A DNA stretch of 58,705 bases from positions 1 to 58,705 of the forward strand of contig DASRDB010000020.1 in assembly GCA_035652815.1 (NCBI GenBank), in the 5' to 3' direction. Source of the stretch: Ktedonobacteraceae bacterium (GTDB lineage: Bacteria; Chloroflexota; Ktedonobacteria; Ktedonobacterales; Ktedonobacteraceae). The translations under genes were made by a program, and so were the position numbers. How positions within the stretch are numbered: position 1 is the stretch's first letter; each line of letters begins with the position of its first letter. Positions 57,901-58,705 of the stretch are shown here, piece after piece. Under the pieces are notes generated by a model, which worked only from the letters and a program-made list of their open reading frames with translations, was not told where the DNA came from and ran no database searches.

Positions 57901-58705
57901 GGGCGATTGAAACCTGGCTGGCTTATTTACTTACGTATACCCGCCTGAGAGGTTGGAAAGAGGTTTGACGCGATTGGGCGATTGAAACTTTCTTCGACAT
58001 GGATACAAACCCTTTCCTCACGCCTCGTTGGAAAGAGGTTTGACGCGATTGGGCGATTGAAACCTGGCACCGGACTGGCAACAGGTCAAATCGAGGCCGG
58101 TTGGAAAGAGGTTTGACGCGATTGGGCGATTGAAACCTGCGCTGCTGCGCAGACGCAGGCCTCTCCCACGCGCAGTTGGAAAGAGGTTTGACGCGATTGG
58201 GCGATTGAAACGTAGCGCGATTTCCCGCTCTGGAGGTTCAGCACGCCTAGTTGGAAAGAGGTTTGACGCGATTGGGCGATTGAAACGTCTTTGTCGATAT
58301 CGATCCGCACACCCTGAATGTGGTTGGAAAGAGGTTTGACGCGATTGGGCGATTGAAACACAAGGGCAAGGGGAGGCCTTGCCGGTTGAAGTACAGGGTT
58401 GGAAAGAGGTTTGACGCGATTGGGCGATTGAAACATATGGTACTCCATAATGGAGTTGTACAGCCAGCACGTTGGAAAGAGGTTTGACGCGATTGGGCGA
58501 TTGAAACCTCCTATTGTTATTAAGTACTCCATTAAATCGGTTTGCACGTTGGAAAGAGGTTTGACGCGATTGGGCGATTGAAACCTGGAAGGGTCGGGCG
58601 CTGCAATGCCCCTGTCTGGCGTTGGAAAGAGGTTTGACGCGATTGGGCGATTGAAACCGTGATATGAGTGGAAGACAGCCAACACGTGTACTACGTTGGA
58701 AAGAG
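54972..58705 (+). CRISPR. CRISPR array with 50 complete 37-bp repeats plus a truncated 51st at the window edge. Repeat GTTGGAAAGAGGTTTGACGCGATTGGGCGATTGAAAC; spacers ~35-39 bp
   Basis: Repeats were counted by eye from 54972, 55044, 55119 ... 58621, with a partial repeat at 58695. Period 72-77 bp. The repeat ends in ATTGAAAC (the typical 8-nt crRNA 5'-handle source), consistent with plus-strand transcription from the cas2-proximal leader. Confidence 0.95.

Noticed and set aside
54738-58685. Numerous 60-220-aa ORFs on both strands inside the CRISPR array (repetitive peptides such as 'FQSPNRVKPLSN', 'VGKRFDAIGRLK')
   Set aside because: These are artefacts of translating the 37-bp repeat in different frames, not genes.

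Overview
A 58.7-kb high-GC bacterial chromosomal window. Gene content and the MITE load suggest a Chloroflexota/Ktedonobacteria-like genome, but that is a low-confidence inference. Bases 1-43 kb are mostly housekeeping and accessory genes: a 5'-truncated polymorphic-toxin tail (HINT domain plus C-terminal toxin) with a candidate immunity gene, tgt, an LplA-family ligase, a GlcG/DUF336 protein, an ANTAR response regulator, RicT/PSP1, a three-gene FtsX-permease/ABC-ATPase/FtsX-permease operon, a Uma2 nuclease, an ABC exporter, aldehyde dehydrogenase, HIT, HxlR, zwf, BNR-repeat secreted proteins, a copper cluster (CopC, YtkA-like, NarL-type two-component system, CopC-CopD fusion), rnc, an N6-adenine DNA methyltransferase, a B12-binding mutase subunit and meaB. 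These are interspersed with at least 7 copies of a ~120-bp hairpin MITE and with a second palindromic repeat family. Bases 43.2-58.7 kb hold a complete CRISPR-Cas locus. On the minus strand lies an effector operon: HD-domain Cas10d-like large subunit, a standalone small (Cas11-like) gene, Cas7, Cas5, the HD-less helicase Cas3' and Cas6, all downstream of a WYL-domain regulator. Divergently on the plus strand lie cas4-cas1-cas2 followed by a CRISPR array of at least 50 repeats (37 bp, GTTGGAAAGAGGTTTGACGCGATTGGGCGATTGAAAC) that runs off the window end. The signature genes point to type I-D, but with a non-canonical gene order and a separate small-subunit gene. Product calls rest on motifs read directly from the supplied translations; no database searches were possible.
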